A program made the position numbers and the translations under genes. A stretch of 13,843 bases of DNA from an uncultured Dehalococcoidia bacterium. GTDB lineage: Bacteria; Chloroflexota; Dehalococcoidia; Lucifugimonadales; UBA3495. Position 1 is the first letter of the stretch. The number at the start of each line of letters is the position of its first letter. Below, piece by piece: positions 1-8,585 of the stretch. Where the stretch lies: positions 1 through 13,843 of the forward strand of contig CATMOE010000077.1 in NCBI GenBank assembly GCA_950072105.1. Reading direction: 5' to 3'. The notes beneath the pieces are model-generated. The model did no database searches. It worked only from the letters and a program-made list of their open reading frames with translations, and was not told the origin of the DNA.

Positions 1-110
1 TGCGAAATCGGCTTATATCCCGATGCTACTTTCAAGGCCAAAAGGTATATACGCTTTGTAGACAAGGTACGTTGTATCGCAGGTTGCCAAGAGGTCAATA
101 ATGGTGCAAC

Positions 111-3100
111 ATGAGTGGGCGGTGGCGGTACGCAGCCTCACCACGTCTCCGAATGCTCAATGCAGTTTTATGTATGCCTAATGTCAATATGACTACCGTA
201 TCCTACATGCCCCCGGAACAGGCCATGGGGGGCGAGGTAACGCCCAGGTCGGACCTGTATTCATTAGGCGCCATGCCCTACGAGATGGTCACCGGACGAC
301 CTCCCTTCCTGGGAGACGACTCGGTAGCCATCATCGGCCAGCACATCGACACTCCGCCAGTGGCCCCCACCTGGCACAACGGCCAGTGCCCACGGGCCTT
401 GGATGCCCTCATCCTGCGCTTGCTGGCCAAAGACCCGTCGGAACGGCCAGATTCGGCCACCGACGCGCTATCCGCCCTGGAAGCCATCGACCTCACCACC
501 AGCGTACAGCAAGTTGCGGCGGGGGTTGACGAGGCACACGCCCTGGACAGCCTGGCCGGCGGTGTGTTTGTTGGACGGCAACAAGAGATGGGAGAGTTGA
601 AAGCGTGTTTGGAAGACTCTCTGTCTGGGCGAGGACGCCTGGTCACTCTAGTCGGCGAACCCGGCATCGGCAAATCCCGAACCGCGCAAGAACTAGCCAC
701 CTACGCTGGGTTGCGGGGATGCCAGGTGCTGTGGGGCCGGAGCTACGAAGAACAACGAGTGCCGCCCTACTGGCCTTGGGTGCAGGCCATCCGGACCTGC
801 GTCAGAGAGAAAGATCCCCAACAGCTACAGTCCGAGATGGGTTCCGGGGCCGCAGATATTGCCGAGGTGGTTTCAGACGTAAGGGATAGGCTACCCGGTC
901 GGCCCCCAGCCCCCCGGCTAGAACCGGAGCAAGCCCGGTTCCGTTTGTTCGACTCCATCGCCGCCTTCCTCAAAACAGCGTCGCAACGCCAACCCTTAGT
1001 GCTGGTTTTGGACGACCTGCATTGGGCCGACCAGCCGTCCCTAGCCTTGCTCCAGTTCGTGGCTCGGGAGTTGGGCGGGGCGCGGCTGTTGATCATTGGC
1101 ACGTACCGGGACATGGAATTGTCCCGACAACACCCGTTGGCCGAAGCCCTTGGGGAGTTGACCCGCGAGCGTCTGTTTCAGCGGGTGCTGCTACGGGGAC
1201 TGACCCAGGAGGACGTGGGACGCTTCATCGAGATGACCTCAGGCAACAGTGCTCCACGAGGGTTGGTCGAGGCGGTGCATACCCAGACCGAAGGCAATCC
1301 ATTATTTGTCACAGAAGTGGTACGACTATTGGTACAGGAGGGGGAATTAGGCTTAGAGCAGGTCCGAGAGACAGATTCCTGGACTATACGGATTCCCGAG
1401 GGAGTGCGGGAGGTGATCGGGAGGCGTTTGAACCGGCTGTCCCAGAGATGTAACGAGGCCCTGACTGTGGCCTCGATAGTCGGACGGGAATTCACGTTGG
1501 CCCAAATTAGGCCTTTGGTTGAAGAGGTAACCGAAGACCGTCTGTTTGAGATTCTTGAGGAGGCCCTGGCCGCTCGGGTCATTAAGGAATTGCCTCAGGC
1601 GGTGGGTCGCTACCAGTTCACCCACGCCCTGATCCAGGAGACGCTGGCAGATGAGCTATCAATCACCCGGCGGGTGCGGCTACACGCAAGAATTGCCGAG
1701 GCCCTGGAAGAATTGTACGGAGACGACGCCGAGTCTCACGCTGCTGAACTGGCCCATCACTTCGCCCAGGCCCAGTCTTTGACCGGTCCCGAAAAAATGG
1801 TGCGCTACTCCCTACTGGCCGGCGAGCGGGCTTTGGCGGCCTATGCCTACGAGGCCGCACTTACTCATTTTGAAAGGGCCTTGGTTGCCCGGGACATAAC
1901 CCTGTCTGGAACTGAGGCGGCTTCCGAGGAAGAGGCCGCGGCCTTGCTGTTCGGCCTGGCGCGGGCCCAGTCCGCCACAGCCATCGGCCATCAGCTAGTG
2001 GAAGCGTTCGCCACTCTAATCCGCGCCTTCGACTACTACGCCCAGGCGGGGAATGTCGCCCTGGCGGTGGCCGCCGCGGAGTTCCCAATCGCACCCACAA
2101 CTAACCGGATTCTAGGTGTCGTCGAGCTTATGTCCCGTGCTCTAACTCTGGTTCCGGCCGATTCCCACGAGGCTGGACGCCTCCTCTCTCGCTACGGTGG
2201 CGTCCTTGGGGCTGTTGAATTTGACTACGAAGGCGCTCAAGAAGCGCTGGGGCGGGCGATGGACATTGCCCGGCGTGAGGGGGACGTGGTCTTGGAGATG
2301 CAGACCCTGAGTTATGCCGCCGTTGCGAGCGGGGAACACCTCCACTGGCAAGAGAGCGTAGACAGCGGGCTGCAGGCCATCAAACTGGCCACCGGTGTTG
2401 AAAACCCCTATTCTGAACATGATTCTCGCTTCTGGACCGCGTTAAGTTTGCTTTATATGGGTGATCTTGACGCGGCCCGCCCCCACACTTTGGTCCTGCG
2501 AGACCTGGCGGAGAGACGAAGCACCCCCCGACAGCTTGCTAGTCGCAGCTTACAGGCGATCACGTTTCTTTCATCCCTCGAGGGCGACTGGAAGTCAGCC
2601 CGTGAATATAGCGATCGGGGCTTAGAGTTGTCACCCTTAAACACAATTCTCTTAGCGACCCGCGTTCTGTTGGAGCACGAGACTGGGGAGTTCGACCAAG
2701 GAGAAGTCTACCTAGAGCGGCTCCTAGAGGCGATGCGCCGGGCCGAATTCTTCGCGTCTGCAAGGACGGCTATGGCTCTAGCCGCAATAGCCCGCATCAC
2801 GGGTGTCCCCAACCGCTTAGAGATAGCCGAGACAGCCGCCCAATCGCTTCTTTTAGAACAGTCTGTTACGCCTCTGGTCGCCATGTGGGCCAAGGCCGGG
2901 TTGGCCTTGCTGGCTGTGCAAACGGGCGACCAATCTGCTGCTGCGGAGCATTACTCTTATCTTCTAGGGCAGCAAAGCACGATGGCATCGACCGTTATAT
3001 CGGCCGACCGACTGCTTGGCCTCCTGTCACAGACCATGGGGGACTTGGACCAGGCAACCGAGCACTTCGAGGACGCCCTGGTCTTCTGCCGCGAGGCGGG

Positions 3101-3284
3101 TTACCGGCCCGAGCTGACGTGGACCTGCTGCGACTACGCGGACATGCTGCTGGAACGAGACGACGAAGGCGAAAAGTCGAAGGCCACATCCCTGCTTGAC
3201 GAGTCCCTGGCCATCTCCAGCGAGCTGGGCATGCGGCCCCTGATGGAGCGAGTGCTGTCCCGGCGGGAGATACTGAAGGCGTAA
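111..3284 (+). CDS. Multidomain regulator: C-terminal remnant of a Ser/Thr protein kinase + STAND-type AAA ATPase (AAA_16-like) + TPR/helical repeats; 5'-truncated, start uncertain
   Basis: Kinase subdomains VIII-XI only (TVSYMPPEQ, SDLYSLG, EMVTGRPPF, LLAKDPSERP). FVGRQQE, Walker A GEPGIGKS, Walker B LVLDDLHWAD, TEGNPLFVTE and YQFTHALIQE, followed by Ala/Leu-rich TPR-like helices. The first ~28 codons show no kinase motifs. In-frame ATGs at 111, 153, 174, 189 and 207. Confidence 0.85.
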   Translation: MSGRWRYAASPRLRMLNAVLCMPNVNMTTVSYMPPEQAMGGEVTPRSDLYSLGAMPYEMVTGRPPFLGDDSVAIIGQHIDTPPVAPTWHNGQCPRALDALILRLLAKDPSERPDSATDALSALEAIDLTTSVQQVAAGVDEAHALDSLAGGVFVGRQQEMGELKACLEDSLSGRGRLVTLVGEPGIGKSRTAQELATYAGLRGCQVLWGRSYEEQRVPPYWPWVQAIRTCVREKDPQQLQSEMGSGAADIAEVVSDVRDRLPGRPPAPRLEPEQARFRLFDSIAAFLKTASQRQPLVLVLDDLHWADQPSLALLQFVARELGGARLLIIGTYRDMELSRQHPLAEALGELTRERLFQRVLLRGLTQEDVGRFIEMTSGNSAPRGLVEAVHTQTEGNPLFVTEVVRLLVQEGELGLEQVRETDSWTIRIPEGVREVIGRRLNRLSQRCNEALTVASIVGREFTLAQIRPLVEEVTEDRLFEILEEALAARVIKELPQAVGRYQFTHALIQETLADELSITRRVRLHARIAEALEELYGDDAESHAAELAHHFAQAQSLTGPEKMVRYSLLAGERALAAYAYEAALTHFERALVARDITLSGTEAASEEEAAALLFGLARAQSATAIGHQLVEAFATLIRAFDYYAQAGNVALAVAAAEFPIAPTTNRILGVVELMSRALTLVPADSHEAGRLLSRYGGVLGAVEFDYEGAQEALGRAMDIARREGDVVLEMQTLSYAAVASGEHLHWQESVDSGLQAIKLATGVENPYSEHDSRFWTALSLLYMGDLDAARPHTLVLRDLAERRSTPRQLASRSLQAITFLSSLEGDWKSAREYSDRGLELSPLNTILLATRVLLEHETGEFDQGEVYLERLLEAMRRAEFFASARTAMALAAIARITGVPNRLEIAETAAQSLLLEQSVTPLVAMWAKAGLALLAVQTGDQSAAAEHYSYLLGQQSTMASTVISADRLLGLLSQTMGDLDQATEHFEDALVFCREAGYRPELTWTCCDYADMLLERDDEGEKSKATSLLDESLAISSELGMRPLMERVLSRREILKA

Positions 3285-3318
3285 TTGACGTTAGGAATAA
3301 GTCTGAGGTGATGTTACG

Positions 3319-3954
3319 GTGGGGAAAAGAGTCCGAATGCTCTTCATCGGTAATAGTTTCACAACCAAGAATGACCTCCCAACATTGCTGAGCGATATCG
3401 CTCAAGCGGGCAAGGGCATCACTATCGAATCCAAGGTCATCTCAGCGGGCGGAGCATCTCTGCGTCGTCATTGGAACGCCGGTGCCGCGACTACGATTAC
3501 CAGTGAGAAATGGGACCACGTCGTGTTCCAGGAGCAGAGCACGCTACCGGTCAAGAACTCCAATCGTTTCCATGAAAATGTCCGCGAATTCGTGCCCGCC
3601 ATGAAGGAAAGCGGCGCGAAAATGGTCTTGTTTATGACCTGGGCACGCAAAAAGGAACCGGAGAATCAGGGTTTACTGACCGACAGCTACAACCAAATTG
3701 GCAAGGAGCTTGAGGCGTCCGTCGTCCCGGTGGGGACTGCCTGGCAGAAATTGCTTGCCAAACACGACAAACCGGTGTTACACGCTGAAGATGGCAGTCA
3801 TCCAACTATCGCCGGGTCATACCTGGCAGCGTGCACTTTTTACGCTACTCTGTTCGGCGGAGATCCTACGAAGATCGAAACTGACCTCAGCAATGTGACT
3901 GATGAAGAACGAAAACTGCTGCAGCGAATCGCCATGACCGCCTGCCAGAGATGA
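3319..3954 (+). CDS. SGNH/GDSL-type hydrolase family protein
   Basis: N-terminal LFIGNSFT (nucleophile Ser block), WDHVVFQEQS and C-terminal DGSHP (DxxH). GAGGTG SD at 3305-3310 precedes GTG 3319. Confidence 0.8.
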   Translation: MGKRVRMLFIGNSFTTKNDLPTLLSDIAQAGKGITIESKVISAGGASLRRHWNAGAATTITSEKWDHVVFQEQSTLPVKNSNRFHENVREFVPAMKESGAKMVLFMTWARKKEPENQGLLTDSYNQIGKELEASVVPVGTAWQKLLAKHDKPVLHAEDGSHPTIAGSYLAACTFYATLFGGDPTKIETDLSNVTDEERKLLQRIAMTACQR

Positions 3955-4060
3955 AATCGTTTTGATACGACTTGGTGCTACCCAAGGTCCGAGTGTTCTT
4001 GGCCAAGGGCGTTATTCTAGCTAAAGCCCAACTATCCCGATCTGTACATAGGTGTATACC

Positions 4061-5155
4061 ATGACTCAGCAGCAACCCCGCACCGGCCACCCCTACCACA
4101 TGTACGACGCCATCCAGCGTCAGCCCCAGGCCATGGCGGAAATGTTGACCAAGCATGCCGAACGGGTGACCGAAGTGGCAGCCACCATCAAGGGAAAACG
4201 CCGGCTGTACTTAGTAGGCATTGGTACCTCCTGGCACGCTGCTTTGGTGGGTGAGTACTGGTTTCGCCGGATGGCCCCAAGTTCATTGGAGGTACAGGCC
4301 TGGCATTCCTTCGAGTTTCACTCTTATCCACCCAAGGTGGGACATGACGACGCAGTGCTGGTCATCAGCCATAGGGGCACCAAGACTTACTCATATTTGG
4401 CTTTGGAGCAGGCCAAGGCCGCGGGGGCCTACACCATTTCCATAACCTCCAACCAGCCAGGAGAACGGATCCAGGCCGCAGACGATGTGCTGAATACCGT
4501 GGACCCGGAGGTGTCCGCCGCCTTCACCATCAGCTATACCTCGGCGTTAATGGTCCTAGGCATGCTGGCATCGGCCTTGACCGATGGGGGCAGTGACCGC
4601 GCTGCGGCCAAGGCGGGCCTGGCGATGGTCCCCGATGTCGCTGGCCGGGTTTTGGAAGGAGCAGATTCGATCCGGGAAGCTGCCGATCGTTTCCAAGACC
4701 GGGAACGATTTATTTGCGTGGCCGCCGGGCCCAACACTGCCAACGCCTACGAAGTCGCCCTGAAGATAAAAGAAACCAGCCGGGCCAACAGCGAAGGCTT
4801 CCATGTGGAGCAATTGCTGCACGGCCCTTTCTGCGAAGTGGACGGGCACTGCCTGGTAACCCTGGTAGCGCCGCCTGGCCCCGGCTACCATCGGGCTCTG
4901 GACGTAGCCCGGGCCTCGGCCGCCGTCGAGGCACCCGTATGGGCTTTAGTACAAGAAGGGGACACTCAGCTTTGTTCGGAGGCCACCGCGGCGTACCATC
5001 TGCCGGTGGTCGAGGAGCTGTGGAGTCCCTTAGCATACGTTCTACCGTTGCAACTGTTTACCTATTACCTGTCCCTAGCCCGCGGCACCCAACCCGACCT
5101 CTTTCAGCAGGATATCCCAAAGCAAGCTGCCGCCAAAACCCACTACGATTTGTGA
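4061..5155 (+). CDS. Double SIS-domain sugar-phosphate isomerase/deaminase (GlmS isomerase-domain-like, no glutaminase domain)
   Basis: HMYDAIQRQP, VGIGTSWHAA, ISHRGTK, EVALKIKET, EQLLHGP and VLPLQLFTYYL match GlmS/AgaS/FrlB-type SIS repeats. AGGTG precedes ATG 4061; the ORF track starts at GTG 4052. Confidence 0.85.
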   Translation: MTQQQPRTGHPYHMYDAIQRQPQAMAEMLTKHAERVTEVAATIKGKRRLYLVGIGTSWHAALVGEYWFRRMAPSSLEVQAWHSFEFHSYPPKVGHDDAVLVISHRGTKTYSYLALEQAKAAGAYTISITSNQPGERIQAADDVLNTVDPEVSAAFTISYTSALMVLGMLASALTDGGSDRAAAKAGLAMVPDVAGRVLEGADSIREAADRFQDRERFICVAAGPNTANAYEVALKIKETSRANSEGFHVEQLLHGPFCEVDGHCLVTLVAPPGPGYHRALDVARASAAVEAPVWALVQEGDTQLCSEATAAYHLPVVEELWSPLAYVLPLQLFTYYLSLARGTQPDLFQQDIPKQAAAKTHYDL

Positions 5156-5208
5156 TAATCCTTAAATCTATCGGGCTGCTGGGGCTCAGGAAAAGAGAGG
5201 AGATGAAA

Positions 5209-6126
5209 ATGGAACGACGAGTCCCCACCAAGGATGAAGTCTTAGCTTATTTGAAAGAAGATCGCAATTGGGGCCGCTGGGGCGCCGACGATCAGGTGGG
5301 CGCCGTAAATATGGTAACTGCCGAAAAACGGCTTCAGGCGACCCGGACTGTTAAAACTGGGCGGGCGGTGTGCCTGAGCAGGGAATTCCCCAAAACCCCG
5401 GCTCCTAACAACCCGACGCCAGCTTTACATTATATGAAACGGGTGGCCAGGGGGGAGCAAGCCGGGTATTTCGGAGACTTCTATGGAATCTCATACCACG
5501 GCACTGCCACCACCCACTTGGACGCCCTTTGCCACGTCTGGAACGAGGACGGCATGTGGAATGGCCGCCACCCAGACACCGCGGTCAATATGGACGGTGC
5601 TTTGTGGGGGTCCGTCGATCACTGGAAAGAAGGGATCATAACCCGAGGTGTTTTGCTAGACGTGCCCAAGCACCGGGGTGAGGCCTACGTAACCATGGAA
5701 AAGCCGGTTCACGGTTGGGAATTAGAGGACATCGCCGCAGATCAAGGCGTAACGATGGAGCCTGGAGATGCATTGATTGTTTACAGCGGACGGGACAAGT
5801 GGGACCAAGACGGCAACCCCCTCTGGGGAAGTGACCCGACGGCCCGACCCGGTCTCCACGCGTCGTGTTTGAAATTCATCCGCGAGTCGGATTGCTGCTT
5901 GCTGGTCTGGGACATGATGGACTTTACGCCTAATGGATATGACCTGGCATGGTCCGTCCACGGATCCATCTTCGCTTACGGTATCGGATTGCTGGACAAC
6001 GCGTTGCTACAGCCGTTAGCGGAAGCGTGTATGGAAGAAGGGCAGTATGAGTTTCTGCTCACCGTCAACCCCCTACGGGTCGTAGGGGGAACCGGATCGC
6101 CAGTCAACCCCGTGGCCATCCTGTAA
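5209..6126 (+). CDS. Cyclase-family metal-dependent hydrolase (kynurenine formamidase-like)
   Basis: NWGRWGADDQVGAVN, HGTATTHLDALCH metal motif, GIITRGVLLDVP and C-terminal GGTGSPVNPVAI. SD GAGGAG at 5197-5202 favours ATG 5209 (alternative 5203) over the 4714 start in the ORF track. Confidence 0.88.
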   Translation: MERRVPTKDEVLAYLKEDRNWGRWGADDQVGAVNMVTAEKRLQATRTVKTGRAVCLSREFPKTPAPNNPTPALHYMKRVARGEQAGYFGDFYGISYHGTATTHLDALCHVWNEDGMWNGRHPDTAVNMDGALWGSVDHWKEGIITRGVLLDVPKHRGEAYVTMEKPVHGWELEDIAADQGVTMEPGDALIVYSGRDKWDQDGNPLWGSDPTARPGLHASCLKFIRESDCCLLVWDMMDFTPNGYDLAWSVHGSIFAYGIGLLDNALLQPLAEACMEEGQYEFLLTVNPLRVVGGTGSPVNPVAIL

Positions 6127-6174
6127 TTCTCACCGCGGTATCCCCTTGAATTATCGCCTAAAGGAGACGAGCAC

Positions 6175-7161
6175 ATGGACGTAGCGATCCTCGATGATTA
6201 TCAGGCGGTAGCCGAACAGATGGCTGATTGGTCCCAATTACCCTCTGGTATCAACGTACAGTTTTTCCATGACCATATCGCAGATGAAGACCAATTGGTG
6301 GAGCGGTTGAAGAACTTCCAGGTAGTCATGGGGATGCGGGAGAGAACTCCTTTCCCCCATTCAGTACTTGAGCGATTACCGGAACTACGCCTCCTCGTTA
6401 CGGCAGGGATGGGTAACGCGGTATTTGACATACCTTCGGCAACCGAACTTGGCATCGTCGTCTCTGGAACAGGTGGCGTCGGAGAAGGCCCTACTGAGCT
6501 TACCTGGGGTCTTATATTAGCCCTAGTGCGGCGAATCCCGCAGGAAGACCGCCTAACCAGGGAAGGACATTGGGGCACAACGGTGGGGTTTGGGCTGAAG
6601 GAAAAAACCTTGGGCTTGCTGGGGTTGGGACGTATCGGCTCCTTGGTGGCCAGAGTGGGCACCGCCTTCGACATGAACATCATCGCCTGGAGCCAAAATC
6701 TTACCCTGGAGAGGGCGGCAGAGTGTGGCGCTACTCTAGTAGACAAAGATACCTTGTTCAAGGATTCCGACTTAGTGTCGGTCCATGTCCAGCTTAGTGA
6801 CCGGACCAGGGGATTGGTGGGAGCCAGAGAGCTAAGCCTGATGAAGCCTACCGCCTACCTGATCAACATATCCAGAGGACCGATCGTCGACGAAGCTTCG
6901 ATGATTCAAGCATTAACGAGCGGGGCCATCGCCGGAGCTGGGCTTGATACATTTGACATTGAGCCACTCCCACCCAATCATCCTCTCCTGGGGTTGTCCA
7001 ACACAGTGCTCACTCCCCATTTGGGGTATGTCACGGAGGATGGGTACCGGGTCCGCTATACCCAAGTGGTAGAAGACATCCGTGCATTTACCAGCGGTGA
7101 ATCTATTAGAGTTTTGAATCCCCAGGTGCTGGAGTCGCCGCAACTGAGAGGACCGGCCTAA
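6175..7161 (+). CDS. D-isomer-specific 2-hydroxyacid dehydrogenase family protein
   Basis: VAILDDYQ and MRERTPF N-terminus, Rossmann GLGRIG, INISRGPIVDE, DTFDIEP and TPHLGY (Arg/Glu/His catalytic set). SD AAGGAG about 10 nt upstream. Confidence 0.92.
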   Translation: MDVAILDDYQAVAEQMADWSQLPSGINVQFFHDHIADEDQLVERLKNFQVVMGMRERTPFPHSVLERLPELRLLVTAGMGNAVFDIPSATELGIVVSGTGGVGEGPTELTWGLILALVRRIPQEDRLTREGHWGTTVGFGLKEKTLGLLGLGRIGSLVARVGTAFDMNIIAWSQNLTLERAAECGATLVDKDTLFKDSDLVSVHVQLSDRTRGLVGARELSLMKPTAYLINISRGPIVDEASMIQALTSGAIAGAGLDTFDIEPLPPNHPLLGLSNTVLTPHLGYVTEDGYRVRYTQVVEDIRAFTSGESIRVLNPQVLESPQLRGPA

Positions 7162-7246
7162 CGATGACCACCCTGCCTCGATGGCACCCACCGGTTGGCT
7201 CGCTCTGGCGTGTCTTTGCCGGGAATCATCGAGGGGGAGGTAACGA

Positions 7247-7390
7247 ATGTCGAGTAACCCTAGTGAGGGCACCCTTGTCGCCAATCATAATGGTCATAAA
7301 CCTCATGAACCGGGTACCCGGCGATATAACCGGCGAGGAGGGCGCCCCGGCCTAAACGTAGACGCTACGGCGGTTTGTGACGCCTCCTAG
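7247..7390 (+). CDS. Putative 47-aa small ORF or pseudogene remnant
   Basis: GGAGGT at 7236-7241, 5 nt before ATG 7247. Translates MSSNPSEGTLVANHNGHKPHEPGTRRYNRRGGRPGLNVDATAVCDAS*. No family recognised. Confidence 0.35.
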   Translation: MSSNPSEGTLVANHNGHKPHEPGTRRYNRRGGRPGLNVDATAVCDAS

Positions 7391-7580
7391 GGGGCATGGT
7401 AGTGCAATGCGGAGGCTATTTGGCAGGTCTGATGGATGTACCAGGAACCGGAGTTTGTCACAGGGTGACTTGACCCGGGTCTTCGATGGGTTCCGGCCGC
7501 ACCAACCACGGCTCGGTGTGATGTGAGAAAATAATCGACGATTACGACCGGCTGGCCAGTTATGCGGCGTAGGAGGGAAT

Positions 7581-8537
7581 ATGTCGGATGGGCAAGATAC
7601 CGCCTGCTGCGCGCCGGCTCGGCCAGAGTCGAACAACCCATCGGTGGCCGCCACCGTCCAACCTCGGTCCAGGAACAGATCGACCAGAGGAATGGTTTTG
7701 ATTCCTGGGGCTGAATATCTGATGGGAAACCAGGACGGAGAAGGTTACCCGGGAGACGGCGAAGGCCCCGTCCGAAGGGTTCGAGTCGACTCCTTTTACA
7801 TCGACGTTGGTACCGTTACTAACGCCCAATTCGCCCAGTTCGTCAAGTCAACGGGATACAAAACCGAAGCGGAAACATTCGGCTGGTCTTTCGTCTTCCA
7901 CTCTCTCGTGCCTCCCGGGGTGGCGGAGACAGTAAACAAGGCGGTCTTGGAGGCGCCCTGGTGGTGGCCAGTGGCCGGCACCTACTGGCGGCGCCCGGAA
8001 GGACCAGGTAGCAGCGTGGTAAAACGCCCCACCCACCCCGTCGTGCACGTCTCTTGGAACGACGCTGTTGCCTATTGCAAATGGGCAGGCAAGCGATTGG
8101 CTACCGAGGCGGAGTGGGAGTACGCCGCCCGTGGGGGATTGACACAGATGAAGTACCCTTGGGGCGACGAGCTAATGCCCGACGGCCAATACCGTTGCAA
8201 TATCTGGCAGGGGCAGTTTCCCGACAGCAACACCGGGGAAGATGGCTACATAGGCACAGCCCCCGCGCGGTCGTTCCCTCCCAACGACCTCGGGCTATAT
8301 AATATCGCTGGAAACGTCTGGGAATGGTGCTCCGACTGGTTTAGCGCCACACGCCAATCAACGCACCTCCATGAAAACCCGACCGGCTCGGCTACCGGCA
8401 CGGCCAGGAGTATGAGGGGTGGTTCGTACCTGTGTCACTCTTCATACTGTAACCGCTATCGCGTCGCAGCCCGAAGCTCCAACACCCCCGACAGTTCCAC
8501 TGGGAACCTTGGCTTCCGTTGCGTGAGGGATGCCTAA
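7581..8537 (+). CDS. Formylglycine-generating enzyme (aerobic FGE / SUMF1 family sulfatase-maturing enzyme)
   Basis: VTNAQFAQFV, HPVVHVSWNDA, RLATEAEWEYAARGG, GNVWEW, catalytic RGGSYLCHSSYCNRYRVAAR (both Cys present, 8433-8450) and NLGFRC. SD AGGAGG upstream; adjacent to a sulfatase. Confidence 0.93.
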   Translation: MSDGQDTACCAPARPESNNPSVAATVQPRSRNRSTRGMVLIPGAEYLMGNQDGEGYPGDGEGPVRRVRVDSFYIDVGTVTNAQFAQFVKSTGYKTEAETFGWSFVFHSLVPPGVAETVNKAVLEAPWWWPVAGTYWRRPEGPGSSVVKRPTHPVVHVSWNDAVAYCKWAGKRLATEAEWEYAARGGLTQMKYPWGDELMPDGQYRCNIWQGQFPDSNTGEDGYIGTAPARSFPPNDLGLYNIAGNVWEWCSDWFSATRQSTHLHENPTGSATGTARSMRGGSYLCHSSYCNRYRVAARSSNTPDSSTGNLGFRCVRDA

Positions 8538-8585
8538 CCTAACATCGTTATGCGGTCCCAATCTGCCCCTGAAGGAGTAAAGGTA

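Noticed and set aside
159..187. Minus-strand TTGACA (182-187) as a sigma70 -35 element
   Set aside because: The hexamer 17 nt downstream (TGCATT) is a poor -10 match and no downstream gene is visible in the window.
3998..4007. 10-bp palindrome CTTGGCCAAG upstream of the SIS gene
   Set aside because: Short enough to occur by chance; no second copy or convincing -35/-10 pair found.
4714..5208. 165-codon N-terminal extension of the cyclase ORF (470 aa in the track) overlapping the SIS gene
   Set aside because: Arg/Gly/Pro-rich off-frame read of the SIS gene. Cyclase motifs and a strong SD appear only at about 5200.
7310..7321. 12-bp palindrome CCGGGTACCCGG
   Set aside because: Single GC-rich copy inside a possible small ORF, with no positional or repeat support.
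7164..7355. 63-aa ORF right after the dehydrogenase stop
   Set aside because: No recognisable motifs and only a weak SD-like GAGG upstream. The overlapping frame from 7247 has a much better SD.
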